A stretch of DNA of 57,374 bases, filler included, from Jimgerdemannia flammicorona (GCA_003990765.1; 3 parts of 3 records of this genome joined end to end with filler, not necessarily neighbours in it), one strand, 5' to 3'. Numbered from the whole stretch's first letter, positions 23,820 to 38,220 are shown. Notes: generated by a model not told the origin, from the sequence alone. Program-made: numbers and translations.

Positions 23820-25397
23820 ACCCACAACTCATAGAGACCTATTAAAAGCAAAGCAATTAAATTAAATTGGTAGGTAATAATTTTCCGTTTTCTCTGACAG
23901 ATCAGATCGCCTCCGTTCTCCCCACCCACATAACTGTCTTTACTCACCAAATGTCCAACGCCCGCGACGACCTTGGCGGAGGAGCGTGGCGTTCGGCTAA
24001 CAAGGAGCATTGCAAATTCAAATGGGCTTTTTCATTTACCAAAAGGCACGGGAAAGGAAGCATTAAGTCTTGGTCTCCGGTCGGAGAATTCTCGATAGAT
24101 TTGGAGGGAGAAACGTGGGACCTCGGGAAACACTCACTTGACCGCGGATTTCTCGCCAAATATGTACGATACGTAGACCTGCACGGTGGGCAGGTTAACG
24201 AAGGCGTCGAAGAAGGATACCTCGTCGCACACGGGCGATTATTGGGGGAGTGTGAAATTCGTGACTGCATCTATTTTCTAAATTCTCATCACGCAATATA
24301 GTGGAAATGAAGGGTTCAAATGAGAAGCGGTAGCCAAATGAATTGCTGGACAATTTCAAGCCCAGCGGTTCGAATTCAAACATCGAATGATGATGCACAA
24401 GGGCATCCTTACCACATAGAGATGCACCATCTCTGGATCCCAAGTTTGATAGAACTTGTTATTGAAGAAGGACTCCCTCGCGGCTTCGCTATATTTGCAA
24501 AACATTGGAAGAGTTGGAAATATGGCGATTGGGTGGTTGAAATGAATGTCATTGCAAATCGGCAAGAGAGTGTTATATTTTAAGGCAAGCCGAACGAGGT
24601 GCTCTCCCACCGGTCGCGCCTCTTCAGGGATGCCTTGGCGACGACGAAATCCCTGCCCGTCCTGGGTTTGAACATGGGCGAGCAGATGACGGGGTCGACG
24701 GCGATGACGGTGGTGAAGACATTGGGATGGAGCTGCGCGGCGATGACTCTGAGAATGAATGCGCGATACAAAGAAAGGGGAGGGGATATTGGTTCTAGCA
24801 CAATTTGGGAAGGGAGTCTGTTCTGAGAACTGAAATTCCCAGGGTTATAGTATCACCAAATGTTGGGGGGAAAACCATCAATGATGACCGGGGGGGATGC
24901 TCACGCTCCAGTGGCGCCGAAGCTGTGGCCGACGCCGACGACGTGCGCGGCCGTGCTGTGCAGATCAAAGTGCTCAACGATCTGAACCAGGTCGAGGGCA
25001 TAGTCCGTCCAGCTAACTGTGATCCGGAGGAGGAGGAGGAGGAATTACAATGAATTTATGAACCCGAGTGCCGCCTATAAAACGCGAAGAGTACCAAACC
25101 AAGCGCAACCACTCACAACAGTCATCCAACACCTTCTCGTTCACCATAGCGCTGTCGCCCTGGTTTCTACAATCCAGCGCCCAGAACTCGAGCGCTGATG
25201 GCAAAAGATCTTCCGAAGCTGGCGCATGATGGGATGCCAGATTTCCTTGCTGTATCCGTTGGCATGGGCGAACACGACGGCGATGGTCGGCCTGTCACTG
25301 GGGTTCGGATCGGCGTAGCGGTTGACCACTATTTTTTGCTCGGACGCGCGGTGCGTCGACGGATCACGTAGGTCGCGGTCGGGACGAAGGCAGACAT
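23820..25397 (-). pseudogene. Alpha/beta-hydrolase (Abhydrolase_6-like), frameshifted
   Basis: FAHANGYSKEIWHP, WALDCRNQGDSA, VGVGHSFGA nucleophile elbow, VDPVI, GVGHL. One-base shortfalls at ~25361 and ~25204. An internal exon after HLYV cannot be found. 3' end approximate. Confidence 0.65.
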
Positions 25398-25556
25398 TGT
25401 TCGTGTGGGAAAGTGCGAAGTGCCGGGAACCATTTAGATTAAAGTGAAAATTGCCAATTCGGGAATCGCGATCTGAGATACCTAGATTCGAGCAGATATG
25501 GACCACTGGGCAGTGGTTTATTAGAATAGTAGATTGGAATAGGCGAGGAAGAAGTG

Positions 25557-25633
<77 letters not shown>

Positions 25634-25937
25634 CAAAACAAATGCTACTCTACATACATGTGTATGCTTGCTTGGGAAATACATGCTAGAAAGAGTCCCA
25701 AGTAAAAGGAGTATGAAGATATTCTTCGCAAATACATCAAAAAAGGTGCATGACAATTGAACCTCAGCAAACCTCCCTTTAAATTTTCTCGCTCATTGCA
25801 CATCCCAGTCATTCTTGCGCTAAATGCAACCGTCTGAACCGTCCATCTCAGTGGCAAGCCCGCCTTGTATCTACCATCTATTATACTACTAGTTATATTC
25901 TTTTCAACCAAAACAAGACAACGCAGCATTCTCAGAT

Positions 25938-27897
25938 CTATTTCCCAGTCCCGCTACTCGCTCCGCTCAACCTCTTCCATAACAGCCACGCCACGCCAAT
26001 CACCGCCCCCGTCGACACTACCGCCGCTGCCGTCACTTTCCACGCCATCCCCTCGTCACCCCTAGACCTAGACGCCTTAGATCGACTCTTCTTCCGATGC
26101 TGGGACTTTTTCCGCTTCATCTTGCCCCTCTCGGTGGTCGCCGCGGACTCCGCCGGCAACGACTCAACGCTGGACCCGGCGCCCTCGTCGTCGATCTCTT
26201 CGCCAGGCCTCTTGGCGTCCCATTCGACCTCGAGCGTCTCCGGCATGCTGGCCCTCAAGCTCCCCTCGACATCGAGCTTGCGCGCGCGCGTGAACCACCG
26301 CGCCGCCTCCCACCGGTCCGGCATATCCATCCCGTTGCCGTTCAGATGCATGATGCCCACGTTGAAAGCTGACTGTGCGTGCCCAACGACTGCAGAACGT
26401 CGCCAGTACTCAATAGCCATAACGGGGTCCGCAGCGATAGACTGGGATGTCTCGTCCAGTTGGGCGTCGTCGGGAGTTCCCTCTAGGTAAATGAGGCCGC
26501 TCTGGAAAGCGGAGCTGCAGAAGAACCGCTCGGTGACGGTCTCCGGAGGACGGTTACGCGGGGTGGGGGCGTCGTGATCGCCAATATCGAGGAAAGGGAC
26601 CGTCAGGACCATAGCGCGGTTGAAGTAGCGCAGCGCCTGGATGTAATCACGGGCAATCCCAGCCTCGAGGACGCCGGTAACGTAGGTCATGCCGACGATG
26701 TAACAGGCCTCCGGGTCCGGGCCCGTCGTGCCGGATTCAGGGTCGTTGGAGAGGTCGGCCGCCCGCTTGTGCCAAGAGAAGGCGAGGCGAGGGTCGCGTT
26801 CCGGGTAGACGGGAAGCAGGGTCAGGTTGTCGATGGAAGCTTGGTTGCCGATCTGACGGATCGAGGGACGTAAGGGACGTGATTGCAATGGTGTTATATA
26901 TGGCTGGATCACAAGGAGTGATGCGTGTGAATCATAAATATAATACGAAAAATCATACCTCGTACATAGCGGCAACTTTGAGCATTGATTTCGTGTGCCC
27001 GTGCTCAGCGGCGTGTAGGTAGAACTTGTACGAGTTCTACAAAGAGATCAAGTTGGATGGTTGAGTAATTGTATATAAAGTGTCAGGGAATCCAGAGCTA
27101 GTTGTTTGACCAAACCCCAGTGTTCGGCTGACAAGCTATGCACAAACATTTTTCACTATCCGCATGTTTCATTTTTCGCACGAACATTCAACAGTAACCT
27201 ATATCTACTCACCTCTGCATCCCTCTGGCTCTCAAACATAACACCCAGATGGTACGCGCTCGTCGCGTCTAAATCCATCCGCTCCGTGATTCCTGATGTG
27301 ACGAGCATAGGCCAGATCACGTCGTCGCCCTTCTCCAGATGTATTGTCACGACGCGAAACCGGTGCGATGCCCGTCCAAGAGGGGACATATTGATACTAC
27401 CGCTATCGCTGCTTTCCGGCGGCAGATCCATGGCCGGCGGCGGGAGGATCAGCGATGTGTTGGGCGAGAGCGGCGGGGTTATAAAGGCGAAGGAGGAGCC
27501 GGAGGAGGAGAGCGCAGGAGAGTTGGCGAGCGAGGACAGTGCAGAAGAGGGTTTGTCAAGCTGCCATAGAGATTCCTTGGGGCGGATGGTGGAGTAGAGT
27601 TTGCCCTACGGAATGGATTAAACGCGCAAAGCCAGTTTGCCGCAAAGTTTCCTCTGTGAGCGAGCTTAGAATCTCGGAACGCCAAGCGACACAATACACC
27701 CATCGTACCTTCACGACAGGCTCCTGCCCTCTGACGCCGGCTTTGAGAAGCGTTGATTCGATGGTGACCTCCATGTCCTTCGCCCTGAAGTGGTCAAGGA
27801 CCAGGAACGAGACAGTGAGCTGGTCATCGGTTTGAGACCAGATGTAAGTGTTTGGGTTTGAAGGATATAAGTCCTCGTCCTGTAGGGGGGAAGCCAT
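25938..27897 (-). CDS. CS/p23 (NudC-like) domain + Sel1-like repeats + C-terminal transmembrane anchor
   Basis: YIWSQTDDQLTVSF..GKLYSTIRPKESLWQL..VVTIHLEK..WPML. Sel1: AAEHGHTKSMLKVA, SAVVGHAQSAFNVGIMHLNGNG. Tail VTAAAVVSTGAVIGVAWLLWKR. GT-AG introns. Confidence 0.82.
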
Positions 27898-28019
27898 TGG
27901 GGTGGAGTGTGGGGAAGGGTTGTAAATGCACTTTGAGTCTCGGCCCCAAGAACTTGTGACCGTCAATAGCACACAACGTCACTTTGTCAGTCCAAATGAA
28001 TTTACTAATATCCACCATA

Positions 28020-28440
28020 TATAGATATAAATTCTATCAATTACTTTCTTTTAAAATATAATAGGATTTATATATTTTATTTTAGATATTTAATATAATA
28101 ATTTTAAATAATAACAATTTAATTTTTTTTTTTGTTAATTAATAAATTATCTTTTATAATATTACTTAATTATATAAATTTTATAAATGATTATTATTTA
28201 TACGATAATAAAAATTAAAAATAAAATATTATTATTAAAGCTCTAATTAATTTAATTCCAACTTAACTAAAACCAAAATTTATAAATAGTAACTTTTTTT
28301 TTTTTTTTAAAAAAAAAAATCTTTTAATTTTATCAAAATCATAATAGCTCACATTATTTATTCTATACCTTCTGTATATAATTAGATCTCAATATTTATA
28401 TTCAATAAAAGCCACAATCAACTATAGAAAAGCACTTCAA
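28020..28440. other. Very AT-rich intergenic tract
   Basis: Composition only. Confidence 0.5.
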
Positions 28441-28666
28441 ATAACTGAAACTTCTATATTTTCAAGATTTGATGACTTGTCATACACATTCTATATCACT
28501 TCTTCAGGCAAACTTCGTGCAGACGTAAAACTCCAAAAATGAAAACAAACAAACAGATTATTACATTCTAACAAAGGGCATCAACATTTCATGCTCAAAA
28601 TATGTAATGGCCCCAACACATGACATACACACATCATCCATCTGACCTCGCATCCACTCCTTCCCG

Positions 28667-30463
28667 CTAATAACTCTTGTGATGTACCACCGACGGTCCA
28701 GACTCGTTGTAATCAACTTTGCTGATATAATTCGTCGGGTTTGGGAAGACGAGCTTGAAAACAAGCACGCGGAACATCAGTGTCAGCCAAGATTATAATA
28801 CACACTGCTCCCAAATACGCAATTCTGCTCATTTCTAATCTATATCGCCTCCCAAAAAATATAATTCTCCTCCTACACTACACCCTCCACCCTCACCTTG
28901 GCCACGATCTCTCCTCCTAACCACGCGGAAAACCGCTGGAAGTGCGGCTCCCTGAGCACGGTGAAATAGTCCGGGATCCGGAGAAACTTGATATCGCGTG
29001 ACTGCGTGTCGCCAGCGTTATCCGAGACAGGGAGGTAAGGGAGGAGCTCGGCCTTGATGCGCTCCTTGATTCCTTGTAGCGGTCGTGTTAAGTTATGCGG
29101 AGACGGTTTGAAAATTACACAAGAGATCAGACATGGCACGGTGAAAGAACGCCCGCCCCAATATTTGTTGTACCAAAGCGTCATTGGAGGCCCCAAAACG
29201 ATAATAATATCAATGATGAGACCGACCTGCAATCAGCGCCCCTCCGCCCGTCACCACGAGATTCTCCCACAACCGTAGCCGAATTTCGGCGGGTTCGCAA
29301 GTCATGACGGATAGCTTGATGGCCTCAGCCAGGCCCGTGAGGGTCGTCCGGCCGATGAGGGTAGGATCAAATATCGGGTTGTAGAGGCTGTGGCGGTAGG
29401 AGCCGATGGTGACCTAGATGGAGGTTGGGATTTGAATGAGGATGGACAAGATCGGGGATTATGTGATGGTTGATGAGAGAGTATGAGATGACAGCATCAT
29501 GGAGTTTCTCTTGAATTACCTTCCTCCCATTATATTCGAGCTCCGCCCTCTCCATCGGCGGGATCACGGGCACCTGAGTCGTCGGCGGCGCGGCAGCCGC
29601 GACGGCGGCCACGCCGGGGACGACCTCCTTGCTCTCCTCGGTGGTCATCTCAACCTCGTATCCGACGGACACGTCGCACACCCCGGGGGCCTCCTTGACG
29701 AACCTCGCGAACTCCAAATCCAGCAGAGTATCGACGTCGTCACCAAACTCTGCTCGGAGCTGTTCGTCTGCGCGTAGGTGGGCGAGCAGGTGCTCGTCAG
29801 CCTCGCGGCCAGCCACGTCCAGGGTCTGGATACTGTGATACACGATCAGGCTATCTACGATCGAGGTGACATTTGTGGTCTCATGGCCAATGTCGATGAC
29901 CACGCCCGAGACCGAGCCACAGCCATACAGAGACATGAGGGGCTGCTCGGCCACGTAGAGGCCCGGGACGTTGAAGGATTCGAAAAAGATCTGGGTGATG
30001 CGCTCGTATTCTTCTTTGGTCCAGGAGGTAGGGACGGAGAGGAGGACGGGCGACTCGTTGCGAGTTTTTTTTATAGGGAGTTCTTTGAAGAGAATCTGGC
30101 GCCTGATTGTGCGGGAGTACTGGAAGGATGAGAAGAAAAGTTTTTTTTGGAAAGCGAGGATGAAGAGAGGGTAATGTAGAAACAAGTCTGTACCATAACG
30201 TCTCCAGCTCCTCCCAGTTGTTGATGCGTTCACATTTCAGCGGAGTGCCGATTTGAGAGGTTTGGTAAACCTAATGAGATAGGAGGCGAATTAAGAGGCA
30301 TTGCTGGATGGGCAGCTGGCTCCTGGCAAAGACAGAGTTGGGCAAAATGTGTCATTACCACGGAGGGCGGCTGGTTCGTGTCGTGCACACCCATGCCGGC
30401 CTTGATCTCATAGGAGCCATTGTCTATGACGACAAAGTTCTCCTCGCGAAGGGTGAAAGACAT
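28667..30463 (-). CDS. Actin-related protein, probably nuclear Arp9-like
   Basis: VVIDNGSYEIKAG, QIFFESFNVPGLYVAEQPLMSLYGCG..GVVIDIGH, LRIPDYF, SAWLGGEIVAKL..YISKVDYNESGPSVVH; stop at 28667. Confidence 0.88.
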
Positions 30464-30609
30464 ATTTGAGGGGTGGTCGCAGACAAACGCGTGACGCGGG
30501 GGGTGACGCGGGGTTGGGGTGGGAAGGGGAAAAGCACGAGTGTTTTGGGTGGCTTGGAGTCAAGTGACGTCTTTAACCCTTTGTCTGTTCTTGTCCTTCC
30601 GTGTTCACC

Positions 30610-31605
30610 ATGAGAGCCCGTCTTTTGAAGCACAGTCTCGAGCACAGTCTCGAGCACGCCCCCCACTCCAGTGAGGACCCCGAGCTCGACTATCTAAACT
30701 CTGCTTATCAAGATCCCAATGACTTGAACTCACCTACTGGTCGGCACTACGTCCTCTTGCGCCATTTTCTTTTTCTTTGGAACTTCTCGAAATACACAAT
30801 CTTAGATGTCGTCGCCTTCTTTCTTCAACCCGCAGGGACTCTTTACTCCGAAACTTTTGGATCCGAGTCCAGCGATGAGTATGATACCCCTTCACCCTCA
30901 TCGAAAGCAATTGGATCAGTCCCGACAAAGGCATGTTGTTACATGTCATTAACCTGCCTATTCTCCCCATTTGAGTTTCTAACACCCAATCTGCCATCTT
31001 TACCAAACAATAGATTGCACCATTAGGTGAATATGAACCTCTATAGATGCGCGTTTGAAGAGCAGGTCTGGTTGGAAATGTGATCTGATGCAGCGTGGCT
31101 CTTATTCGAAGCACAGACCAATCTCCTCTGAGTCCCGACAAGGTCGAATTAATCAAAGAGACTTTGGAAGAATTCCACGAGGGTACGTCAATAACGAATC
31201 TCTCCTCATACCCATTCCTCGACCCCGACTACAATTTCATCCGATTACAACTCCCAATCCAAACAACACTGCATCTCCGCAGCCTGCCTCGACGAGCTCC
31301 GCCGCCTCACACGAGCACGTTGCGACCTCGATTCCCACGGCGAGCTTATACAGGAGCAACTGGAACTACTCAGTGGGTTGCTGGTAGAGCAACGGGGTAG
31401 AGTCAAGGGGCTGAGCGTGGAGAGGCGGCGCCGGCACTTGATCCGCACGGGGCTGGGGCATACATTTACCTTGGGAAAGCGGCCTAGGTGGGGGGCCCCA
31501 TCTAGCGAGGATGTGGAGGTGGACGAAGAAGAGCAGCTGGTGCTGCGGCAGCGACAGGAACGGGGGAGCGTGGGGCGTGTGACGAGCGACAATGGGGGCA
31601 GTTAG
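30610..31605 (+). CDS. Hypothetical spliced protein (acidic N-terminus, helical/coiled C-terminus)
   Basis: Divergent from the Arp gene. Phase-consistent join EEFHE|ACLDELRRLTRAR..GGS*. 5' exon structure unresolved. Confidence 0.5.
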
Positions 31606-32394
31606 CAAGGGCGATGCATCGACGGGTTCATGAAGCTAGGTGCAAGAAATTTGGATTATAGTATGTACATGTTGAGCCATGTAACGCACACCAATAGAAA
31701 GTTCGAATAATTCTTTGCCCTTTTATTTATGAAAACAATACCGTGTCTTAATCCGTGACACTGTGACCATCCACTCTGATCGTTTGCATGCCAGCATGGG
31801 ATCAAGGGGCAAAAGAGTAGGGTCGGCCGGCCCCATTGCGACAGTCATCGCGATAATAGGTACAGGAAGGCCTCGACGGGCTCTTATCGCCATTTCTGGC
31901 ATCGAGGTCGAGGTCTCTCTCGCATGATGACTGGTGGCGCCAGCAACGATTGCGTTTCGTCGTCCATCGTTCCGCAATCAGAGACGAGAATCGCCGTCCG
32001 AGGATCGCAGGAACAAAGGAAAGTCATGGGTCGTTATGCCTCGCACTAGTTACACTTGTGATTGAGAGTAGGGTAGACGAACGTGCACAACACACGATTA
32101 CATCTTGGGAATAAATTTGACATCCCAGTCGAAAATAATGCTTGAAAGTTGGTGGATGGAGAATATTTTGGTCTTCCCCCATTTGGCAGAGTTCGAACTA
32201 TTACAGCAAATATATATCTAAACAAACATATATGGACGAATTTACCAAACTCAATCAAGCAACCAATGAGAAAAAAATGAAACCATTGTCTAGGGAGTAA
32301 TCTCGAGGATCACGAATCTCTCCATTACCCAATATTCTATTCACCTATTCCCTAGGCCGGGCCTAAATAACGCTTTCCCCTCTCACCATAGTCT

Positions 32395-34160
32395 TTAAAG
32401 CGGCACTCTCTTGATCGCGTGCATGATCCACAACGAGCTAGTAAGTAGCCCGAGCGCGCCTGCCTGATGCGCGGAGGCGAGCTCGATCGGGACCATGTAG
32501 AGCAAGGTGGAGATACCTAGAGTGACCTGGACGAGAGCGACGCCCATGGTGGTGTTGACGGCCACGCGTGCGTTGGGAGGGAGAGGGAGGCGCCGCGCGT
32601 ATAGCCAGAGCGCCGTCACTGCTAGAAAGGTGAATTCGGCCTAGGCGGTGCGTGGTGAATGGCACAGTCGATAGTTTTAATATTTATATGACCGAATCCC
32701 ATGAGGTCAACAAGCTGGATGTGCCACATTTCTTATCTCACCCCGTCCCCCTCACGTCCAACTTACCATCACGCGATGATCGAATTGCACGAGAACGGGG
32801 TTTTCGAGCGCGTTCCTCAGCTTCGTGCGATCGCCCTCCTTGACGTAGTGGTCGGACCAGAGCTCCTCGGAGCTTGGCACAATCCGGCCACCCATGAGCG
32901 GGAATTCGTTGTAGATCAGCCCGGCGTCCAGCCCGGCCACCAGGCCACCGGACATGGCCGTGAAGAAGATGAGCATGGTAAGATAGTGTGCGTAACGACG
33001 GAATGAGGCCAGAGCAGGATTGCGGAGGGCTTCGGCAACGGCCTGAAAGTTTTGGGGGATGGGGTGAATTGAGGATCCCCCTTAATACATATATCCGCTG
33101 CATTTCGCCCATATAATAATATCCAACACCCACCTTAGGATATGATCCCGCAGCAATCTTTGCGTCCCTCAGGATTCGCGCGCCGACCATGACGGTCGCA
33201 GTATAGATGGCGAAGGCAGTGGCCAGATGTGCAGTGAGCCGGTACTGACTCACGCGAGGCACGGCACCCGGTTGCTCGAGGAGGGCCTTCGCAAGCCCGG
33301 ATTTGACCATATACCAGCCCATAAATCCCTAAAAGCATTGATGTTCGTTCCGTGTCTCAGTATCCACAAGAGGCGATAAACCAGATAATGCCGCTGCCGT
33401 CTTACTTGAAATCCGACCAGCGCCGTGATACCAAATACAACATTCTTGGTGGCCGGGCTCATGTAACCGCGGGCGGCGAAGTAGAGACCCGGGACGATGA
33501 AGGAGACGCCGATGAGACGGCCGATCATGCGGTGCACCCACTCCCAGTAAAAGATGGACTTGAACTCGTGGAGCGTCATGTGGCGGTTCAGGCTGGGTGG
33601 GTGTATTAGGACGTGTCAGAGTTTTGTGGAGGTGAGATAAGTGGGAATAGACACAAATCACGGGCCGACATACGAATACGAGCAACGGAAAGCATCAAGG
33701 AGGACCCGTTTGCTTACATCTTGTACTCGGGGAACTGCTTGTATTTGTCAAACTCCTCTTCCCACTCCTGCTGTGACCTAGGCGGCTTCATTCCGGAGAT
33801 GACGTTCCACTCGGTGATAGACAGTCCGCTCTCCGTCAGACGCGTCAGCCCGCCGACAACGACGATCATAAAGGTCATAGCGGCGTTGAAGTATAGCCAG
33901 TAGCCAACGATGGGCCGCGTGGTCGCGGCGGCGTCGGCACCGAGGGTGGGGGTGACAGCGCTGTAAGCCCTAGCGAGAAGAGGTCGTGCGGACGCGAGGG
34001 GCGACGCACGGAGGGTGGTGGCGACGCGAGGGAGGATTGGGGGGCTGCGGATAGATAGGCGCGAAGAATGGCGGGGAACGCATAGCGAATATCCGGCGGG
34101 CGATTTGAGGAAGGCAGTTGCCAGCAGACGGCGGGTGGCTCCGCATTTCGCGATGTTCAT
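32395..34160 (-). CDS. COX15: Heme A synthase COX15
   Basis: VVVGGLTRLTESGLSITEW, FYWEWVHRMIGR, GWYMVKSGL, PRVSQYRLTAHL, GLVAGLDAGLIYNEFPLMG, VQFDHR, LASAHQAG; mitochondrial-type presequence. Confidence 0.97.
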
Positions 34161-34507
34161 GATTGGGGGTGTTGCGTGTTGGGTTGGAAGAGAAGGACAT
34201 TTGCAGATCGGGGCGACTGCTTTTTGAACCATGAACCCAATTTGGTCATGGCATCATGCCACTTTTTTTTTTTTTTTTTGGCTAATAGTCCGCGGATATG
34301 TCTGCAATAGGTTCAGTTAACAGGATGCGTGAATCTTTATAATTACATCAGTTGCATTGGTTACATAGTCACGGAATGGTCCGAGCTGGCAGCACCATTG
34401 TCGTATGTTAGTTCGTCATGATTGTGGAAGGGGGCCCGTATTGTCGTTGGATTCATTTCAATATGTTATTTTTCACAGCATGTTTAAAATTGAGTACCAG
34501 TATCACT

Positions 34508-35439
34508 TCAAACAAGACAAATTGTTCCAATACTCCTATTATCAACACTTTCAATATCATCGCAACCTTGTCCCACCATCTTTCCGTTCCTCAATCTATC
34601 CCGAGCTGCCTCCAATTTCCCTCTCGTGGATTCGCACATTTTTATGAGCTAGTTAAAATGTTAATTGCGGAATCCGAATATAAAAATTAGCAACACACGC
34701 AAAATTCTCCATAACGACGAAACCTGGTTGAGCACCTACCGTCTCGTCGTGGGTTTTTTTTGCGAATGTGCGTTGCTTCCGGATGATGCGCACAGCGGTC
34801 TTGAGCATCCCGACCCCGATGCAGTCTTCGGCGTAGTACAGCCAGCACTTGGATTCCTGCACAGGGTCACGCATCAGTTGCGCTAGCTTGATCTGCTGGA
34901 GAGCAAGCTCACCGGCTTTCCTGGCCTGCGAAGAAATTCAATCATTCGGGGCGATAGTGCAATAATAGGTTGTTCAATTAACGGACAGCCAGGCCTAGTT
35001 TATGCGAGCGTTTCCGAAGAATTGGATGCGATTCGAGGGTTCGGGAAGAATACGTACGTATTTCTCCTTGTACTTCCCTAAGGCACTGTATGCGCCGCCT
35101 AAAACGGCGATGTAAGTTCCTGTAAAGCCATACCGAATTTGCAGGGCGGCGAGCGTGTATAACCGCTTCGACCTGTAAGCGGATGGCAACGCGGCAAGAT
35201 CGTGAGCGTCCTGATCATGAGATGCCACACCGCGCTGCAAATACGATACTCAAAGTTATAGGATACCAATCGAAATCGGGCAACGGGCGGAAGCCAGAGC
35301 TCCTGTCGTCCAAAACAAGGTTCAATTCGAGCCACCGAGGGAACAGCACGGCGCGTGGTGGCGTGTCTGACGGGGTCGCGCGAAGGCAGCCGGCCACGAG
35401 GAGACTTAGGCAATTCCACAGAGACTTCGAGTTTTCCAT
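34508..35439 (-). CDS. Conserved hypothetical protein, DUF4807-like
   Basis: DW|SKRL..VLGGAYSALG..AGELALQQIKLAQLMRDP..KCWLYYA..AVRIIR..LIKMC. Family recalled from motif memory; start uncertain. Confidence 0.6.
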
Positions 35440-36019
35440 CTCCGAGACTATGACGTCCAATATCGTACGTGCCGGTTCGTAGTGCCGGAACAGGATTGTC
35501 GCGTAATATCTATGGCGGGCTTTGCGAGATAGGGGGACGCAGAATACGCGGTTATCACGGAGGGAGAGGTGGAGGTCACCTATCCTTCGGCAACCTCGGA
35601 TGGCGGAATGTAATCGAACGCTCAGCAGAACCTCCGGCGCGTCTAATGAATGAGGTTACGTGGAAAGCAATGGTAAATAACTGATCTGACGCTTATTCGG
35701 CAAGGGCCACTTATACGACAGACCACGTATATACCATGGAGGCTTGTGAGCGAATGTCCGAATGAGAGCAGGCCGTTCTGACTCAACAACATTGAATAGC
35801 TGGTCGTCCAGTGATACCGCGTTACGATGGAATGTTTTTGTTGTAGCGAACAAGAGCCCCCATTCCATTCCATCGAACGAGCAAGCGTACGAACGAAGTG
35901 CTCTTTGCAATGCATTTCCAGGTCCCAACCCTGCAAGTGACGGCCATTCCCCGTGACCACCAAGCCACCCATCCCTTAACCCGCCCTTCCCGTCCCGAAC
36001 CTCATACTACTACTTCGCC

Positions 36020-38181
36020 ATGTCTTCAGCATCCATCGAAACGCTCCCCATACCCACCCCAAACAAGCGGGTTGACGTCGACGCCCCGCCGCCTCCCTAC
36101 ACTCCGGGCAAAATTCGCGCCAAGAGCGTGAAATCCCCACCCCCCTCTATCATGGAGGAGAGCCTGGACGACGGAGACCTGCAACAGCAGCGCGTGCTCA
36201 ACAAGTTCACACTGTACGAGACAAAGACGGTGGGGCTCAAACACCGCTCGTATACTGTGTTTGCTTTCTTCCCCCAACATGCTTCCTCGCCGTCCTTACC
36301 CATGCGTCCTCCCATTTCCTCAGCGCTATTATATCGTGGGCTCGAATCAGTCTGATACCGGGTTCCGGGTACTCAAGATCGACCGCACCTCGCCCAAAGA
36401 GCTTTCTGTGATTGTAGACGATACCCTGTACACAAAACAAGAGGTGGTGGAGCTGCTCAGGATGATTGAGTACGGGAACGTCAGCTCCGGAGGGCTAAAC
36501 CAGGTCGTGACCGCTGCGTGGGGGATTATTGGTGAGTTTGCGTTTTATATTTTTGTTTTGGAATTGGGTTATTCTGTGATGATAGTGGAAGACGGGAGGG
36601 GCTCATGTGGCTGCTCCACTTTCACACAACTACATCCAACATGTCACTCTTAGGCTTCATTAGATTCACGGAAACCTATTACATCTCCCTCATTACGAAG
36701 AAAAGCGTGGTGGCTCTGATTGGCGGGCATTACATTTATCACATCGACGAGACTGAGCTGTTACCCATCGGACAACCGTCGAAACTCGAGAAGAATTCGG
36801 AGGAGGCAAGGTACGTGGTTTGATAATTGGGTAGGACGAGGAGGAAGGTTTTTTTTTTTTTTTTGCAAGCAGCTGTTTTTCGCAACTAAGATGATGAAAT
36901 TCGACTTTCGACCTCATATTCCATTTCCTACCCAACAGATATCTCAACACTTTCAAGAACGTCGATCTCACCAAGAACTTCTACTTTTCCTACACCTACG
37001 ACATTACGCACACGCTCCAACACAATATGACCCGACCGCTGCCCACCGCTGAGGATTCTGGTAGTGGTGATGGCAGCAGAGACAGTGGAATGCCCTACAA
37101 CGAAATGTTCATGTGGAACCATTACCTACTCAAGAATGCCTTCACCAACTTCAAGAACGAGTCTGATTGGATTCTGCCCATTATTAGTGGGTTCGTGGAT
37201 CAGGCTAGTAAGTATGACTGTTGATTGGGTTGTTTGGTTTAGGTTTTATTGTTGGACTTGATCTATCGTGGAGCTTCAATTGCCATTTTCGGAAACTAAC
37301 AACCTGGACATTGTTAATAACGAATGCATGCCACCTGCAGAGATATCTGTGTACGGTCGCAACGTATTTCTCACCCTGATCGCGCGCCGATCACGACACT
37401 ACGCCGGTGCGCGTTTCCTCAAACGTGGTGTTAATGACAAGGTAGTTATTTACCACATCTAATATGACAGAACAAAAATACCACATCAAGCCCTCGTATA
37501 TACCACTCGTTAATTCACTCAAGACAACTCCACCGCACACTGCAGGGCTACGTTGCCAACGACGTGGAGACGGAGCAAATTGTCTCCGAGATGAGCACGA
37601 CCTCGTTCCACACGCAAGACCGGCTCTTCGGCAACCCGCGCTACACCTCCTACGTCCAACACCGCGGATCGATCCCGTTGAACTGGTCGCAGTGGTCGCA
37701 GGATAATTCGACCATGTCGCCCAAACCGCCTATCTCGCGTACGTCTTTAGCCTTTCACGTATCTGTTTGTGTAATTTTCTTTACCTCATTTTTGGGTCTC
37801 TTCACACGCATACACTTGTGAGTCCACAGTCACTTGCATAGACCCGTTCTATTCCGCAACGGCGCTCCATTTTGACGACATGTTCAACCGATACGGCGCA
37901 CCCTGCATTGTTCTCAATTTGATTAAGGTGTGACTTAACCTGTTTCTACGCGCCGCCACTTTGTGTGCCAAATCTATGCCTTTCGTGCCGAATCTTGATA
38001 TACACTTGGGAATTTGTTTTCAACCACGTTTACCTATTCAAAAATAGCAAAAAGAGAAGAAAGAACGAGAGTCGATCCTACTGGGCGAGCTGTCGGGGGC
38101 AATCGATTATCTAAACCAATTCTTGCCGGAGGGGAAATCAATCGAGTATATCGCCTGGGATATGTCCCGGGCTTCAAAAAG
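36020..38181 (+). CDS. FIG4: SAC-domain PI(3,5)P2 phosphatase FIG4, 5' part (truncated by contig end)
   Basis: [104 protein letters not shown]. Confidence 0.95.
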
Positions 38182-38220
38182 GTGTGATAGCGCCCCTCTT
38201 TTTCTTTTTTTTTAAAAAAA

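Noticed and set aside
25439..25760. Poly-K / poly-F ORFs (also 23139-23388)
   Set aside because: They are translations of poly(A)/poly(T) runs.
35174..35265. Second U12 intron (minus-strand donor GTATCCTAT) in the DUF4807-like gene
   Set aside because: No TCCTTAAC-like branch near the acceptor; a U2-type branch is plausible.
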